Shown piece after piece: positions 9,664 to 20,240 of a DNA stretch of 64,000 bases. The DNA comes from an uncultured archaeon (lineage in GTDB: Archaea; Asgardarchaeota; Lokiarchaeia; Sigyniarchaeales; SOKP01): contig CAZALK010000011.1 in NCBI GenBank assembly GCA_964486045.1, positions 1 through 64,000 on the forward strand, read 5' to 3'. Each line of letters starts with the position of its first letter. Within the stretch, counting starts at the first letter, position 1. Position numbers and translations under genes: made by a program. The notes under the pieces are model-generated. The model did not search any database. It was not told the origin of the DNA and saw only the letters and a program-made list of their open reading frames with translations.

Positions 9664-11325
9664 TTATCTCATTTCTTTAGGTAAAGTCAGAGTCCCAGTG
9701 AGTGGGTTATTTAAGGGGTCTTGACAATATTGGATTGTAAAGTAGATGAGGTCGTAGAGGATGCTGGGGTCTTCTCCGTTGTCTAATTTGTATTTATAGA
9801 GGCTTAATTGGTATTCAGCCTCGGTTATGGGTGGTTCTGCGTAACTTACGCCTCCAAAGACGGATTGGAGTACAGGTCTTAAGAATGGGCTATAAAGAAA
9901 ACCTAATTCTTTTAGTTCGTCTTTTATATAAAAGAACATGCGCTGCACGGCTTGCGTCATATAACGGACTGGTTGGTCTTCTGGTCCTAAATATTGTTCC
10001 GCAAATTCAGGATCATAAGTTGCGAGTTGTTCTCGAGTAAGATTAATTGGTTTAAATAGTGAAATAAGTCCTCTTTCAATAGCTCCTTGACGGTTAAATG
10101 TGATTGTTTCTGCTCCAGCATCTGGCACCCATACGCCTTTTTGTAGAAGTTTTTTAGTCTTGTAAAGTAATGTTTGAAGGATTAATCCTAAGCCAATCCT
10201 TCTACAAATTGAAATTTGAGCATCACAAATTCGGACTTCGATCGTGTTCCAATCTGTAAAACAGAACAGGTCTTGAAACCTTCCATCTTCTAAGCTCGCT
10301 TTTTGCACGACTTTGAGGAGATAGTTCTGTGAATTCTCGCTTGTATCTGTTAAATATGGAATGTAATGTTTTGGATCATTGTTACTAAGCATTGTAGTGT
10401 TTAATTTTAGTCGAAGTGAACGAACGCAGTTAGGGGCGGTAATTCTATTTCTAATCACCTTGACCTGGTCTGTTGGTTTATTATTTATAATTGGAGAATT
10501 ACAAGATAACGCGATTAAGTGTGGCACAAAGTTCCGTATCATGCTATATCCTTGGGCTTTTTCCAATTCTGATTCAAACGTGCCAAAATGATGGTGATCA
10601 CTTTGAGATAGTCCCCGCATGTATTCTTTTGTCGCAGGATTTATAGCAGAAGCAATTATATGTAAATCTTTTGGTAACGTAGTTTTCGCTAATAAGAATA
10701 GAGTGCTTGCCCAGTATGCTAGCTCTTCAACATAAACACAAGGAGGAGTTACGAGCTCTAAGATATAAGTGATGGCTGTCACATTTCCATCTCTTGCAAA
10801 AGTATCAATATCTACAGATGAATCTCCTAAAGCATAACGTATATCCATTGCGTAGCCCTTTTCAAGATCATCACGACCCCAGGGTTTAGCCAAGACTTTT
10901 TGTTTAATATAATCTGGTACAGGAAGAAAATCGCTTCTGCCTTCATATAACATTTCATCCATAATTTTAATCGCATCTTTGACAATTTCTTTCATTCGAT
11001 AAACCATTTCTTCGCCAGGTGGATATTCTCCATTATCATTTGCGATGATTAATTCCATTTCGATACCATGTGTATAGGGTAGGGGTGTCCAATGTTCAAC
11101 ATCGACTAATATATCCGCCCATGGTCTTTCTGGTATGAGTACCTCTTTATAATCTGTTCCCAGAAAGAGTTTGTCACCAGATCTATCAACACTTTGACCT
11201 AATGTAACACCTGTAGGAGCCGTTACTTCACCCTTTTTTGTTATTACTTGAGAAAAGGTGTCACTTTGATGTTTTTTCTTCTTCTCTTTCTTCTTCTTTC
11301 CTTTCTTTTTCTTATCTTTTGCCAT
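9664..11325 (-). CDS. Glutamate--cysteine ligase (GCS2)/carboxylate-amine ligase family protein
   Basis: HGIEMEL, LELVTP, HHHFG, LIALSCNSP and TIEVRICD motifs. Lys-rich N-terminal tail. Confidence 0.75.
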   Translation of the reverse strand: MAKDKKKKGKKKKEKKKKHQSDTFSQVITKKGEVTAPTGVTLGQSVDRSGDKLFLGTDYKEVLIPERPWADILVDVEHWTPLPYTHGIEMELIIANDNGEYPPGEEMVYRMKEIVKDAIKIMDEMLYEGRSDFLPVPDYIKQKVLAKPWGRDDLEKGYAMDIRYALGDSSVDIDTFARDGNVTAITYILELVTPPCVYVEELAYWASTLFLLAKTTLPKDLHIIASAINPATKEYMRGLSQSDHHHFGTFESELEKAQGYSMIRNFVPHLIALSCNSPIINNKPTDQVKVIRNRITAPNCVRSLRLKLNTTMLSNNDPKHYIPYLTDTSENSQNYLLKVVQKASLEDGRFQDLFCFTDWNTIEVRICDAQISICRRIGLGLILQTLLYKTKKLLQKGVWVPDAGAETITFNRQGAIERGLISLFKPINLTREQLATYDPEFAEQYLGPEDQPVRYMTQAVQRMFFYIKDELKELGFLYSPFLRPVLQSVFGGVSYAEPPITEAEYQLSLYKYKLDNGEDPSILYDLIYFTIQYCQDPLNNPLTGTLTLPKEMR

Positions 11326-11408
11326 AGAATCCTTACTCCTTGTTTTTCTCTGTTATATTATTTAAATATTTCCAGTCTAATTTATCATTTTGGTTATAAA
11401 ATTTGTCT

Positions 11409-13178
11409 TTAGAATAGTGTTTGGATAAATTCTATTAAGATGTTATAATCATTTATAAATTCATATGAAAGAATCAAATTAATAATCTCACTTTTAGCTG
11501 GTGGGAATATTTCTTTTAAAATATCATAGATTTTACCTTCCTTAAACATTGAATCGTCAATAATTAAATTAACTTTATCCTCAAGGTTTTGGATTTTGGA
11601 TTTAAGACTCTCATTTAGATCAGATTCAGATGATAATATAATAGTTGGTTTGCCTAAATATGGGATGAAATCCAAATTAAAGATATATAATTGATTTGAT
11701 AAATCTGCAAAATTTCTGAAAAATTGGTTTAAAGTTGTCTTGAGTGTTGTTAGTTCAGTGTTTTGATAATTATCAATCGAAGGGAAAACATAGTATCCTA
11801 TTGATTTCTTCATGTTAAATTTTACATCATTATATACTCGATCGATAATTGGATATATGCTGAAATTAAAACTAAATAAGGATAGAAAAGCAAGTTTAAA
11901 GTTAAAATCACCCGAAAGAATATTATTGCTTATATTACCACCAATATTGCTGAAACGTTTAATTTCATTATTTATATTTGAAACGTAGGTATTTAGTAAA
12001 AAAAATTGAGAAAAAGCTAATTCAGATTCTATTTTAGTCTTAATTTCATCCACAAGTACATAAATAGTATCGAACATATCTTTAACAATTTTTTCCTTAA
12101 GTTCTTGTTGACTAAATCCTTCAATAATCCCATGTGTAACTCCAGGATTTTCAATTTCAGCTACAACCTTTAAAGCATCTAGAAGAAATTCGTATGAGCG
12201 TTTTTGTTGTTTCCTATCATTATTCGGGCCTAATAACACTAAGGAAGACTCTATAATACGATCTAAAATATTTTTTAAGTCAGAAGTTTTATGTTCTTCA
12301 TGTAGTTTCTTCACAATGTTAAACAATATCTTAAATTTTAGAGCCATATCATCACCGCTTTCAGCTAATTTAACAGAAGAAATAGGATTAACTGAGATTT
12401 GATCAAGGATAATAGATTTAAATAAGACTTGTTTTCTTTTCTTATCATGTAGACTTTGAACAATTCTTATAGTTTCCTCTAAATTATTAAAAGCATAAGC
12501 TCTTATCAATTTCGAATAAAATTTAATCTGTTCTGCCGCATCAGATAAACTCAGCGCAAATTCTAAAGATTTAAGTAAATTTTTATGTGAGAGATATCCT
12601 TTAGCTAATTTTCTTATATTTTTATCAATATCTTCAATTTTTACTTCTGGATATGTTTCGGTACTGTTTGAATCCAGGGTTAATAATGAGTTATAATTAT
12701 TTTTCATTATTTCTAAATTGTCTTCATATTGCTGCAGTTCTTTTTCCGACAACTCAATAAGGTAATCTTTAGGGGTGATAACCTCAATATTTTTTGCCTC
12801 CTTAAAAGCATAATTTTCTAGTAATGCCTTGATTTTGCTTTTCAGGACAGTTTTTCTAACTTTTTTTACTTTAACAGTAAACTCTATAATTTTCAGCCAA
12901 TAGGCATTAATAGTAAGCTTCCCAAAACCATCTACTTCTGGGTTTAATTTTATATCTATATTTTTAGTTTCATTTGGGGCAAATTCAATGTGATCTCTTA
13001 AATTCTCAGATATTAAACTAATAGTTAAATTTTCCCCCTCAAAAACAAATCGAAATTTTTCATTTTTAGTTGAATTACTAGTAGCTTGAATACTAACACT
13101 ATTCTCATCACTAGGGATTAAAAGTTTTTGAGGAAATTGCGTGATATTTAATGAGATAATAGTGGATGAATTTGACAT
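11409..13178 (-). CDS. Hypothetical protein (N-terminal beta-rich domain, central helical repeats)
   Basis: Uninterrupted 589-aa ORF co-oriented with its neighbours. No family motif recognised. Confidence 0.6.
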   Translation of the reverse strand: MSNSSTIISLNITQFPQKLLIPSDENSVSIQATSNSTKNEKFRFVFEGENLTISLISENLRDHIEFAPNETKNIDIKLNPEVDGFGKLTINAYWLKIIEFTVKVKKVRKTVLKSKIKALLENYAFKEAKNIEVITPKDYLIELSEKELQQYEDNLEIMKNNYNSLLTLDSNSTETYPEVKIEDIDKNIRKLAKGYLSHKNLLKSLEFALSLSDAAEQIKFYSKLIRAYAFNNLEETIRIVQSLHDKKRKQVLFKSIILDQISVNPISSVKLAESGDDMALKFKILFNIVKKLHEEHKTSDLKNILDRIIESSLVLLGPNNDRKQQKRSYEFLLDALKVVAEIENPGVTHGIIEGFSQQELKEKIVKDMFDTIYVLVDEIKTKIESELAFSQFFLLNTYVSNINNEIKRFSNIGGNISNNILSGDFNFKLAFLSLFSFNFSIYPIIDRVYNDVKFNMKKSIGYYVFPSIDNYQNTELTTLKTTLNQFFRNFADLSNQLYIFNLDFIPYLGKPTIILSSESDLNESLKSKIQNLEDKVNLIIDDSMFKEGKIYDILKEIFPPAKSEIINLILSYEFINDYNILIEFIQTLF

Positions 13179-13290
13179 AATAAGAATGAAAAATTAAACT
13201 CTCTTTTAATAATGAATGATTATTCTGATATTTATTTTTATTTTTAATCTTAGATCACTAAGATTTTGAGCAAAATAGGTTTTTCTTGAG

Positions 13291-14028
13291 TTAACGTCCC
13301 ATACGTCTTTTTCTCTGTGTAAAATCGATTAAATCCTCAAGAACCATCTCTTTATTATAATCAGGCCACCATTCTTCCCTAAACTTAAATTCCGCATAGG
13401 ATGAATCCCACAATAAGAATCCTGAAATTCTTGCTCCATCCGTCATTCCAGTTCTGATAAGATAGTCTAATGGGGGGAATTTATTTGACCATAGATATTT
13501 TTTAATTAAACCTTTATTTATTTCTCCGGGATCTACGCCGTCATTAACTATTCCTCTTACTGCATCAACTATCTCTTCATGTCCATCATACATTATGCAC
13601 AAATTTATAAAATTTTGATCATGATTTTTAGTGAACTCAATTAATTCAAAAATCTTTTTCCTTGTTTCCGTTGGAAGCATCCCAATCCGCCCTATTACGT
13701 TGAAATTGACCTTTTCTTCTCTTACGATAGATTCATTTATAACAGTATCGACAGCCTTAATCATTATTTTATACAAATAATCAAGTTCTTCAGGTGTTCT
13801 TTTCTTAACATTTTCTAGCGATAGTATATATAAACTGAGATATTGGATTCCTGCGTCAAAAAAATCAAACAACCTCTTTTTAAGATTTTCATATCCTACC
13901 ATATGACCGAAATTGACTTCTAGGTTTCGTTCTTTTGCCCATCTTCTGTTTCCATCGATGATCAAACCGACATGCCTGGGTAACCTATCTATAGCAACTT
14001 CTTTTAGCTCTTCTAAAGAGGATGTCAT
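13291..14028 (-). CDS. uppS: cis-prenyltransferase (undecaprenyl diphosphate synthase family)
   Basis: PRHVGLIIDGNRRWA, SLENVKKR, DYLIRT, RISGFLLW..SYAE and RRMG motifs. Confidence 0.93.
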   Translation of the reverse strand: MTSSLEELKEVAIDRLPRHVGLIIDGNRRWAKERNLEVNFGHMVGYENLKKRLFDFFDAGIQYLSLYILSLENVKKRTPEELDYLYKIMIKAVDTVINESIVREEKVNFNVIGRIGMLPTETRKKIFELIEFTKNHDQNFINLCIMYDGHEEIVDAVRGIVNDGVDPGEINKGLIKKYLWSNKFPPLDYLIRTGMTDGARISGFLLWDSSYAEFKFREEWWPDYNKEMVLEDLIDFTQRKRRMGR

Positions 14029-14226
14029 CTAAGAATCTGAGGTCGTTTTAGTATTAATATTAATATCAAATATATTAAATTTATCTAGAAAATCTAAGGA
14101 AACATTATTTATCAATTTAATACGTACCTATATTTTATTCATCAATATAAGACTACTTGTGATAATATATACAAGGAACAAAAATTATGCCATCTAGATG
14201 TATTTAGGCTCAAAAAGTACTTGGAA

Positions 14227-15696
14227 TTAGATCTCGTATCCCTTGGGTGGTTGGAATCCCCCAATAATCTCTGTCAAAATGCCAGCAAGATCTATTGGGG
14301 TGGCATCTTCTAAGTAAGGTCCTATAATTTGAAGACCTACTGGTAGTCCATCCTTTGTTAGTCCTATTGGTGCCGTGGTTGCTGGGAGACCTGTCAATGT
14401 TGCAAATGAGATCCAGAATAAAATATCTAAGTATGGTCTTGGACCTTCAAGTGTATTTAAACAACGGTTTGTCATGGGTTCACTATGGTCATGAGGAAAT
14501 GCTGGAATAAATGTTGTAGGGAGGAGAAATGCATCATGAGTACGAAAAAATTCTTGCCATACTGCTCTTGCCGTCATTCGTGCTACGTTAGCCATCTGGA
14601 AATGTTTGTGGGGCGCAGTCCAAGCCCAAGCAGCTCGTGCTTCATCACTTCCATCCTTTTTTGCAGCTAATTCACGAGTTTCATCTATCTGATTATCTTG
14701 TAGCTGATAGGCATATGTGGATAATAGTAGGAATCGATAAGTTTCATATTGACCTGAAGGATTGACACCAGGTGGCCAACCTTCCTCTAATTTTGCTCCA
14801 TTCTTACGAAATGCTTTAATTGCTTGAAATAATACCTCCTTCACCTCAGGAATAACCGGACAAAGCGGATCATCCAATATATAACCAATACGATAATCAG
14901 ATAAGTGAGTTCCTCGCGAAGGTGGCAGGGTCCAACTATATGCGATAGCTTTATCGGGTTCTGGTCCTCCAAAGATCTTGAGTGCTATTTTGAGATCAGC
15001 GGCACTTCGTGCAAGTGGTCCGATTACACCTAAATTTCCCGGCGGGCTCAGAATTCCTGGGAGAGGTGGGATATGACCACGACTAGGAATGACATTTAGA
15101 CTAGGCTTATGACCAAAAACACCGCAGAAATTAGAGGGGGTGCGGATCGATCCCCCTATATCACTCCCTAATGATAAGTAACTCAATCCAGCAGCAAGTG
15201 CAGCTGCTCCACCTCCAGTTGATCCTCCCGGGGTAAGTTCATGATCCCAAGGATTATTTGTTGTGCCAAAGATCTCATTGTAACTCTGCAAGTCCCCTGC
15301 CATTATAGGTACATTAGTATGACCAATAATGACCGCACCTGCCTCACGTAATCGTGCAACAACAACTGCATCTTTTTTTGGTATATGATTGGCTAATGCA
15401 GGTACCCCTGCGGTTGTACGAATATTGGCTATTTCGAATGTGTCTTTTACCGAGCAAGGGACGCCATGTAGTGGTCCCCATAATTCCCCTTTAGTAAAGG
15501 CCTCATCTGCAGCACGGGCTCTGTTAAGGGCATCATCCTTGAGGATCGTGATAACAGCATTGATAGCTGGGTTATATTTCTCAATCCGTTCTAGAATCTG
15601 TTTAGTGAGTTCTAAAGAGGATACTTCACCACTCCGAATAGCCCTTGCTGCTTCTAAAGCGGAAACAAAAACAAGGTCAATTGGTTCTGTCGGCAT
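14227..15696 (-). CDS. Amidase signature family enzyme
   Basis: GPLHGVP..VKD, PGGSTGG, GSDIGGSIRTP and GLPVGLQIIG motifs. Confidence 0.92.
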   Translation of the reverse strand: MPTEPIDLVFVSALEAARAIRSGEVSSLELTKQILERIEKYNPAINAVITILKDDALNRARAADEAFTKGELWGPLHGVPCSVKDTFEIANIRTTAGVPALANHIPKKDAVVVARLREAGAVIIGHTNVPIMAGDLQSYNEIFGTTNNPWDHELTPGGSTGGGAAALAAGLSYLSLGSDIGGSIRTPSNFCGVFGHKPSLNVIPSRGHIPPLPGILSPPGNLGVIGPLARSAADLKIALKIFGGPEPDKAIAYSWTLPPSRGTHLSDYRIGYILDDPLCPVIPEVKEVLFQAIKAFRKNGAKLEEGWPPGVNPSGQYETYRFLLLSTYAYQLQDNQIDETRELAAKKDGSDEARAAWAWTAPHKHFQMANVARMTARAVWQEFFRTHDAFLLPTTFIPAFPHDHSEPMTNRCLNTLEGPRPYLDILFWISFATLTGLPATTAPIGLTKDGLPVGLQIIGPYLEDATPIDLAGILTEIIGGFQPPKGYEI

Positions 15697-15869
15697 TACT
15701 CATTTCCTCCCAAGGCATGTGAATATTCTCATTATATTATCTCAAAAAATTTTAAATATTTATAAAGTAGTTTATAAGCGATATTTATAGGTTCTTTATA
15801 ATATTTCTTATATTTAGAATTTGCATTACCTTAGGATGAGCTTAAGTAATTAATGAGCCCTAAACCTCT

Positions 15870-16826
15870 TTAATTATGCTCTGGGATTAAAACTATGAAT
15901 TTACTACCTTGGGTATGATTTCCTTTAATTTTATCTTTTACTTTTATTTCACCATCAAATTTTTCTACAATCTTTTTTACCAGTAAAAGACCTAATCCTA
16001 TTCCTGTAGATATTTCATCTTTTCTATAATTTCTTAAGAAAATAATATCTTTCATAGAATCAGGAATTCCTCGACCGTTATCAAAAAATTCTAACTTTAT
16101 AAAATTAAAACCATTTATGTTTTTGCTCGAAATTATGATTAAAATTTCTATAATTAGATTTTCATTATGAACAATGGCATTCATGAGGATATTTTCAACA
16201 AGTCCTCTCAATAATTCGCTTCCTTTAATATAATACTTATCATGAGAGGATTCAAGTGTAACATTCATCTTCCTATATGAAAAACTTTCCTTCAACTTTT
16301 CAATGGTTTTTTTTAGAATTTTTAATACTTCAATGCGAGATAACAGTATTTTCCCTTCTTCAATTTGAGATAATTTTTGTACATTTAATACTAGTTTTTT
16401 TCCTCTTGTTATCACATCTTTAATATAGTTATTCATTTCTTCTAATTCGTCTCTTCTATCTACATTGCCTGAATATAACTTTGAAAGCTCAAAAGAGGAA
16501 AGAAGATTTTGAAGTAAATTATTAACATCATGAGTAAATATATCTTTGTATAAATTAGTGCGATTATACGCATTTCTATATTTTTCTTCAGATTCACTTA
16601 ATTTTCTTTCTCCACTTTTTTGCTTATTACGACTATATTGAATAAATAGACTTAAAATAATAAATAGACCAATTAGTAATACACGGATCAAAAATTCGTG
16701 AAATGGATGAGAAAACGAGTGTTGATAAAATAGGAATAATTCAAGAATCCCAAATGAAATACATATTATTGAAGTTAATATTATGATATTATATCTTTCT
16801 TTTAATTTTTTGAAAATATCACTCAT
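15870..16826 (-). CDS. Membrane-bound sensor histidine kinase
   Basis: Two N-terminal TM helices, H-box THDVNN, N-box ENILMNAIVH, DNGRGI and GIGLGL. Confidence 0.9.
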   Translation of the reverse strand: MSDIFKKLKERYNIIILTSIICISFGILELFLFYQHSFSHPFHEFLIRVLLIGLFIILSLFIQYSRNKQKSGERKLSESEEKYRNAYNRTNLYKDIFTHDVNNLLQNLLSSFELSKLYSGNVDRRDELEEMNNYIKDVITRGKKLVLNVQKLSQIEEGKILLSRIEVLKILKKTIEKLKESFSYRKMNVTLESSHDKYYIKGSELLRGLVENILMNAIVHNENLIIEILIIISSKNINGFNFIKLEFFDNGRGIPDSMKDIIFLRNYRKDEISTGIGLGLLLVKKIVEKFDGEIKVKDKIKGNHTQGSKFIVLIPEHN

Positions 16827-17147
16827 GATCAGCTAATCCCTGTTAGCTTATAGATAAAACGTTGAATAATTTTCAATTTATCAATATAGAAAAAACAATT
16901 AACTTAATCAAAATGATCATATTTAACATTTGACTTTGATTCGCTGATTTAAAATTTAGTATAACTAAATCAAATCTTTAATTACATTTCTTCTTGGCAA
17001 AAATAAGTAAGGAAAAAATTGAAGTAATTCTTTTCTCTTTCAAAAAGCTAGTATTTTTCCTACAAATCAAAAAATCATTAGCAAATCATAATTAGCTTTT
17101 TATAATATCTAAAATAACCTTAGAAATATCAATATTATTTAAGAAAA

Positions 17148-17625
17148 ATGAAAATTGCTGTTCTTGCAGATATTCACGGTAATCTTCCCGCACTTAATGC
17201 AGTTTTGGCAGATATTAAAGATGAAGATGTTAACAGAATATTAGTTGCGGGTGATATTTTAGGGGGTCCTTATCCTATAGAAGTGATTAGACTATTAAAT
17301 AACCTTAAAGCATGTATGATTAAGGGAAATTTTGAAGAGTATATACTTAAAATCTATTCAAATCCATCGGATTCAAATTGGTATACAAGCAAACAATTTG
17401 CTCCTACTTACTGGATATATAAACGTCTCAATCAACGTTGGTTAAGTCTTATCAATTCTCTTCCGAAACAGAGGATTATTTCTTTAAATGGAACCGATGA
17501 TATTTTAATGATTCATAGCATATACCAACCAATGCTTCCTTCTGACGCTTCTGGAATTTTAATTACTGACAAATATAATGAAATTGTTGATTCTTACACG
17601 AAATCAATAGAACAATCAGTCCTCA
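17148..17625 (+). pseudogene. 5' part of YfcE-like metallophosphoesterase, interrupted by an insertion
   Basis: LADIHGN, AGD and KGNFE motifs. Ends in the first copy of a 20-bp direct repeat. Confidence 0.85.
17606..17625 (+). repeat. 20-bp direct repeat AATAGAACAATCAGTCCTCA, left copy
   Basis: Identical to 19733-19752. Confidence 0.92.
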
Positions 17626-17776
17626 AAATATAATTGGATACAAGGAGGAACGAATCGTTCAAATTAAGGTTTGAATATTTTTTTAAGAATGATAGGATTA
17701 TCACCATAACAATATTTAAATTCATAATAGGTGATTATAATATTATCTCAATCCAATACAATCAGTCAACTTTCTT

Positions 17777-19048
17777 ATGAAAAACCGAGATTTTGATAGA
17801 AGGGGTTTAATCAATAAATGTCCGAGATGTAAAGCAAAAATCTCCCTCGGTTATCGTTTTTGTTCTTCATGTAGTTATAGATTTATTAAGACCGAACAAT
17901 CGTCATCAACTAAAAGAGAAAATAAAGAAGAGAAAATTGTTAGAACATATCACGATAATACATCATCAATACCTCCAATTTCACAGTTAATAAAAAAAAC
18001 AGAAACCCCAAATTCTACAAACACCTTCCCACAAATAAAAGTTCGAGAATTTCAGCCAGCACCCATGAATGAAAAAAAAGAAAAACTCAAAGTAATTTCT
18101 TATGACGAACCGGTCAATCTGATTAACAGTGAAGCAAAACAAAATCTATTATCTGTAACTAATTCTCTAATACGTCGATTGAAAATCCAAGAAACCTCAT
18201 TAAGTCAATCTAGTTTAGATAGATTAGATTCTCAATCTTTTCTAAAAGTCAACCGGTTTTTTTGTAATACATGTAAAAAATTCTCTAAAAAAAATAGAGG
18301 ATATTGTGAAAATTGCGGAAGTACTTATAGTTTAAGAAGAAGTAAAAAGAAACATCTGATTTATATAAAAAGAAAAATGGAACAAAAACAAGGGGGAATT
18401 ATAGATAAACCTTTAAAGAAATATCTATATATTGATAATGGAAAAAGAAAGGTTGTTAATTTACGATGGGTAGAGCTACAATATTATTCATTAGGGAAAA
18501 GTATTCAAGACATCGCTGATGAACTGGGATTGAGTATGATTTCAGTCCGGAAATGGTTTAATAAATATAGCGATGTTTCGAACCAAAACCTAAGAAATAA
18601 TTTACCTCAGCTAAAAACTAATGAAGAGCAACCAAAACGACCAATAACTGGCATCTCGGAGACCTCAATTAATCCTCAGAAGAGACAAATTTCAGGTTCT
18701 TCTTGGACTGAAAGAATTCATGATTTACCTAGAGAAGATCAATCATTTTTAACAAAAAATGAGAAAATACAAGAGCATGCTACAGTTCTAAACAATCATT
18801 TGAAACCTGATCACATGGGGTCACCATCTGAAAATATCTCACCAAAACCTATAATTGATAGTGTTCAAAGTAAAGAAATAGTACCAATCTCAATTCCTGC
18901 AATACCTGAAGAAAAAAAGAAAGAAGTAAAACCTAAACCAACTTATTATTTCTGCAGTTTTTGTGGGATGAAATCAAGAAAAAAACCCAAGTTCTGTATA
19001 CAATGCGGAACAATTGTAAAGAAAAGCATCGAAAATATATCCACTTAA
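17777..19048 (+). CDS. Zinc-ribbon and HTH containing protein
   Basis: Three CxxC...CxxC clusters (N-terminal, middle, C-terminal) and HTH-like YYSLGKSIQDIADELGLSMISVRKW. Confidence 0.7.
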   Translation: MKNRDFDRRGLINKCPRCKAKISLGYRFCSSCSYRFIKTEQSSSTKRENKEEKIVRTYHDNTSSIPPISQLIKKTETPNSTNTFPQIKVREFQPAPMNEKKEKLKVISYDEPVNLINSEAKQNLLSVTNSLIRRLKIQETSLSQSSLDRLDSQSFLKVNRFFCNTCKKFSKKNRGYCENCGSTYSLRRSKKKHLIYIKRKMEQKQGGIIDKPLKKYLYIDNGKRKVVNLRWVELQYYSLGKSIQDIADELGLSMISVRKWFNKYSDVSNQNLRNNLPQLKTNEEQPKRPITGISETSINPQKRQISGSSWTERIHDLPREDQSFLTKNEKIQEHATVLNNHLKPDHMGSPSENISPKPIIDSVQSKEIVPISIPAIPEEKKKEVKPKPTYYFCSFCGMKSRKKPKFCIQCGTIVKKSIENIST

Positions 19049-19141
19049 TCTATTTCAATCGAGCTTAACTTATAATAGCATAATTCATTTTTGTATCATA
19101 ATATATTTCTACTTTTACAAGTTAAAAAGAGATATAATAAG

Positions 19142-19255
19142 ATGGACAAACAAGATGTTATTGATAAAGCTCTGGAATTAGGATTTGCTGATGTAGGATT
19201 CACGACCATGGAACCTTTTGAGTCTCAAAAAAAGATTCTGAATTCTAGGGATTAA
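19142..19255 (+). pseudogene. 37-aa N-terminal remnant of a QueG/epoxyqueuosine reductase-like Fe-S protein
   Basis: Manual translation MDKQDVIDKALELGFADVGFTTMEPFESQKKILNSRD*. The A.ELGF..VG pattern fits the family. Confidence 0.5.
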
Positions 19256-19281
19256 TTACATTAAATAGTTTCGTTAAAAAT

Positions 19282-19737
19282 TTTCTATTAATATTCGATC
19301 TTAACCAATTCAATGATCGGGAGTTACTACAAATCATCCCGACCCTTCAGTTTTTCTATGCTAACATTTTAATCGAGGGAGGTTCTCATTTACAATATAA
19401 ACCAGCTTGGTCCCTTAGTGTTGATTCTGTTATGCCAGTCTTATCCGAACCAATAATTCAAACCTACAATTTGTTAGAGAATCTTTTTGATAACTATCCT
19501 GCCAATGTAAGATATTTCTCTGTCTTTTTCCACAGATCCTCTCCATCAGGCATACATTATAATTCAAATCTACATGATCGAATAGGAACTTCGTTTGATG
19601 ATTCACTAGGTGAATTAGAGGGCACATTTTTCGATATAGATAGAAATGATCCTCAATCTGTTGCTGACGCGATAGCTTCCATTATATATTATATGGTTAA
19701 ATTTAATTCTTTAACTATCATAAAAGAGGGAAAATAG
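19282..19737 (+). pseudogene. Internal fragment of an unknown gene
   Basis: The frame of ORF 19432-19737 stays open about 50 codons upstream with no start codon. Its stop is supplied by the right repeat copy. Confidence 0.4.
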
Positions 19738-19752
19738 AACAATCAGTCCTCA
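19733..19752 (+). repeat. 20-bp direct repeat, right copy
   Basis: Identical to 17606-17625. Confidence 0.92.
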
Positions 19753-20180
19753 TTTTTGCACATAATCATGTTCCTTGGAACCAAAAAATAAATGGAAGTC
19801 TCGCTTTAAATCCCGGTTCTGTTGCTTGCCCCTTCAATGGTACAATAGGTGCCCAATACGCAATGATGGAATGGATTACAGATCATTGGGAAGCAGATAT
19901 TAGAACGGTCCAATATAATCTTCAAGAAATAAATAACGCATTTGTTGAGTGTGGATTTTTAAAAGAAGGAGGTCCTATTGCTAGGATACTTCTTTACGAT
20001 ATTAATACTGGTAAGGATGTATTAGGTAAGTTTCTCAGATTCACCTATCAATTAGCTTATAAAGAGGGGTACAGAGATTTTGAAGTAGTTCCGGATAAAA
20101 TTTTGGAATTAGCTGAAAAAAAATGGGATTGGAATAAATTTTTGAATGAAAACAATTTTAAAGATAATAAAAAAGAATGA
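19734..20180 (+). pseudogene. 3' part of the interrupted metallophosphoesterase
   Basis: Reads IEQSVLIFAHNHVPW...LNPGSVACP...AQYAMMEW, supplying the missing HxH and NPGS motifs in the same frame as 17148. Confidence 0.85.
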
Positions 20181-20240
20181 GTTTCAAAATTCTTGTAGAC
20201 TTTAGTAGTTTCGATTAATAATATTGATTGAACCAACTTC

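Larger units (their letters stand above)
17626..19732. mobile_element. 2.1-kb insertion flanked by a 20-bp duplication, with no transposase or integrase
   Basis: Removing the insert plus one repeat (2127 bp) restores a 301-aa phosphoesterase. Mobility is inferred, and an artefact is possible. Confidence 0.45.

Noticed and set aside
9660-9675. In-frame TGA upstream of the GCS2 C-terminal fragment as a possible Sec codon
   Set aside because: It lies inside the last codons of the upstream gene in another frame. There is no homologous Cys and no SECIS-like hairpin was seen.
15389-15790. 133-aa plus-strand ORF and the many other 60-115 aa ORFs overlapping well-supported genes
   Set aside because: Antisense or alternate-frame shadows with no protein-like motifs.
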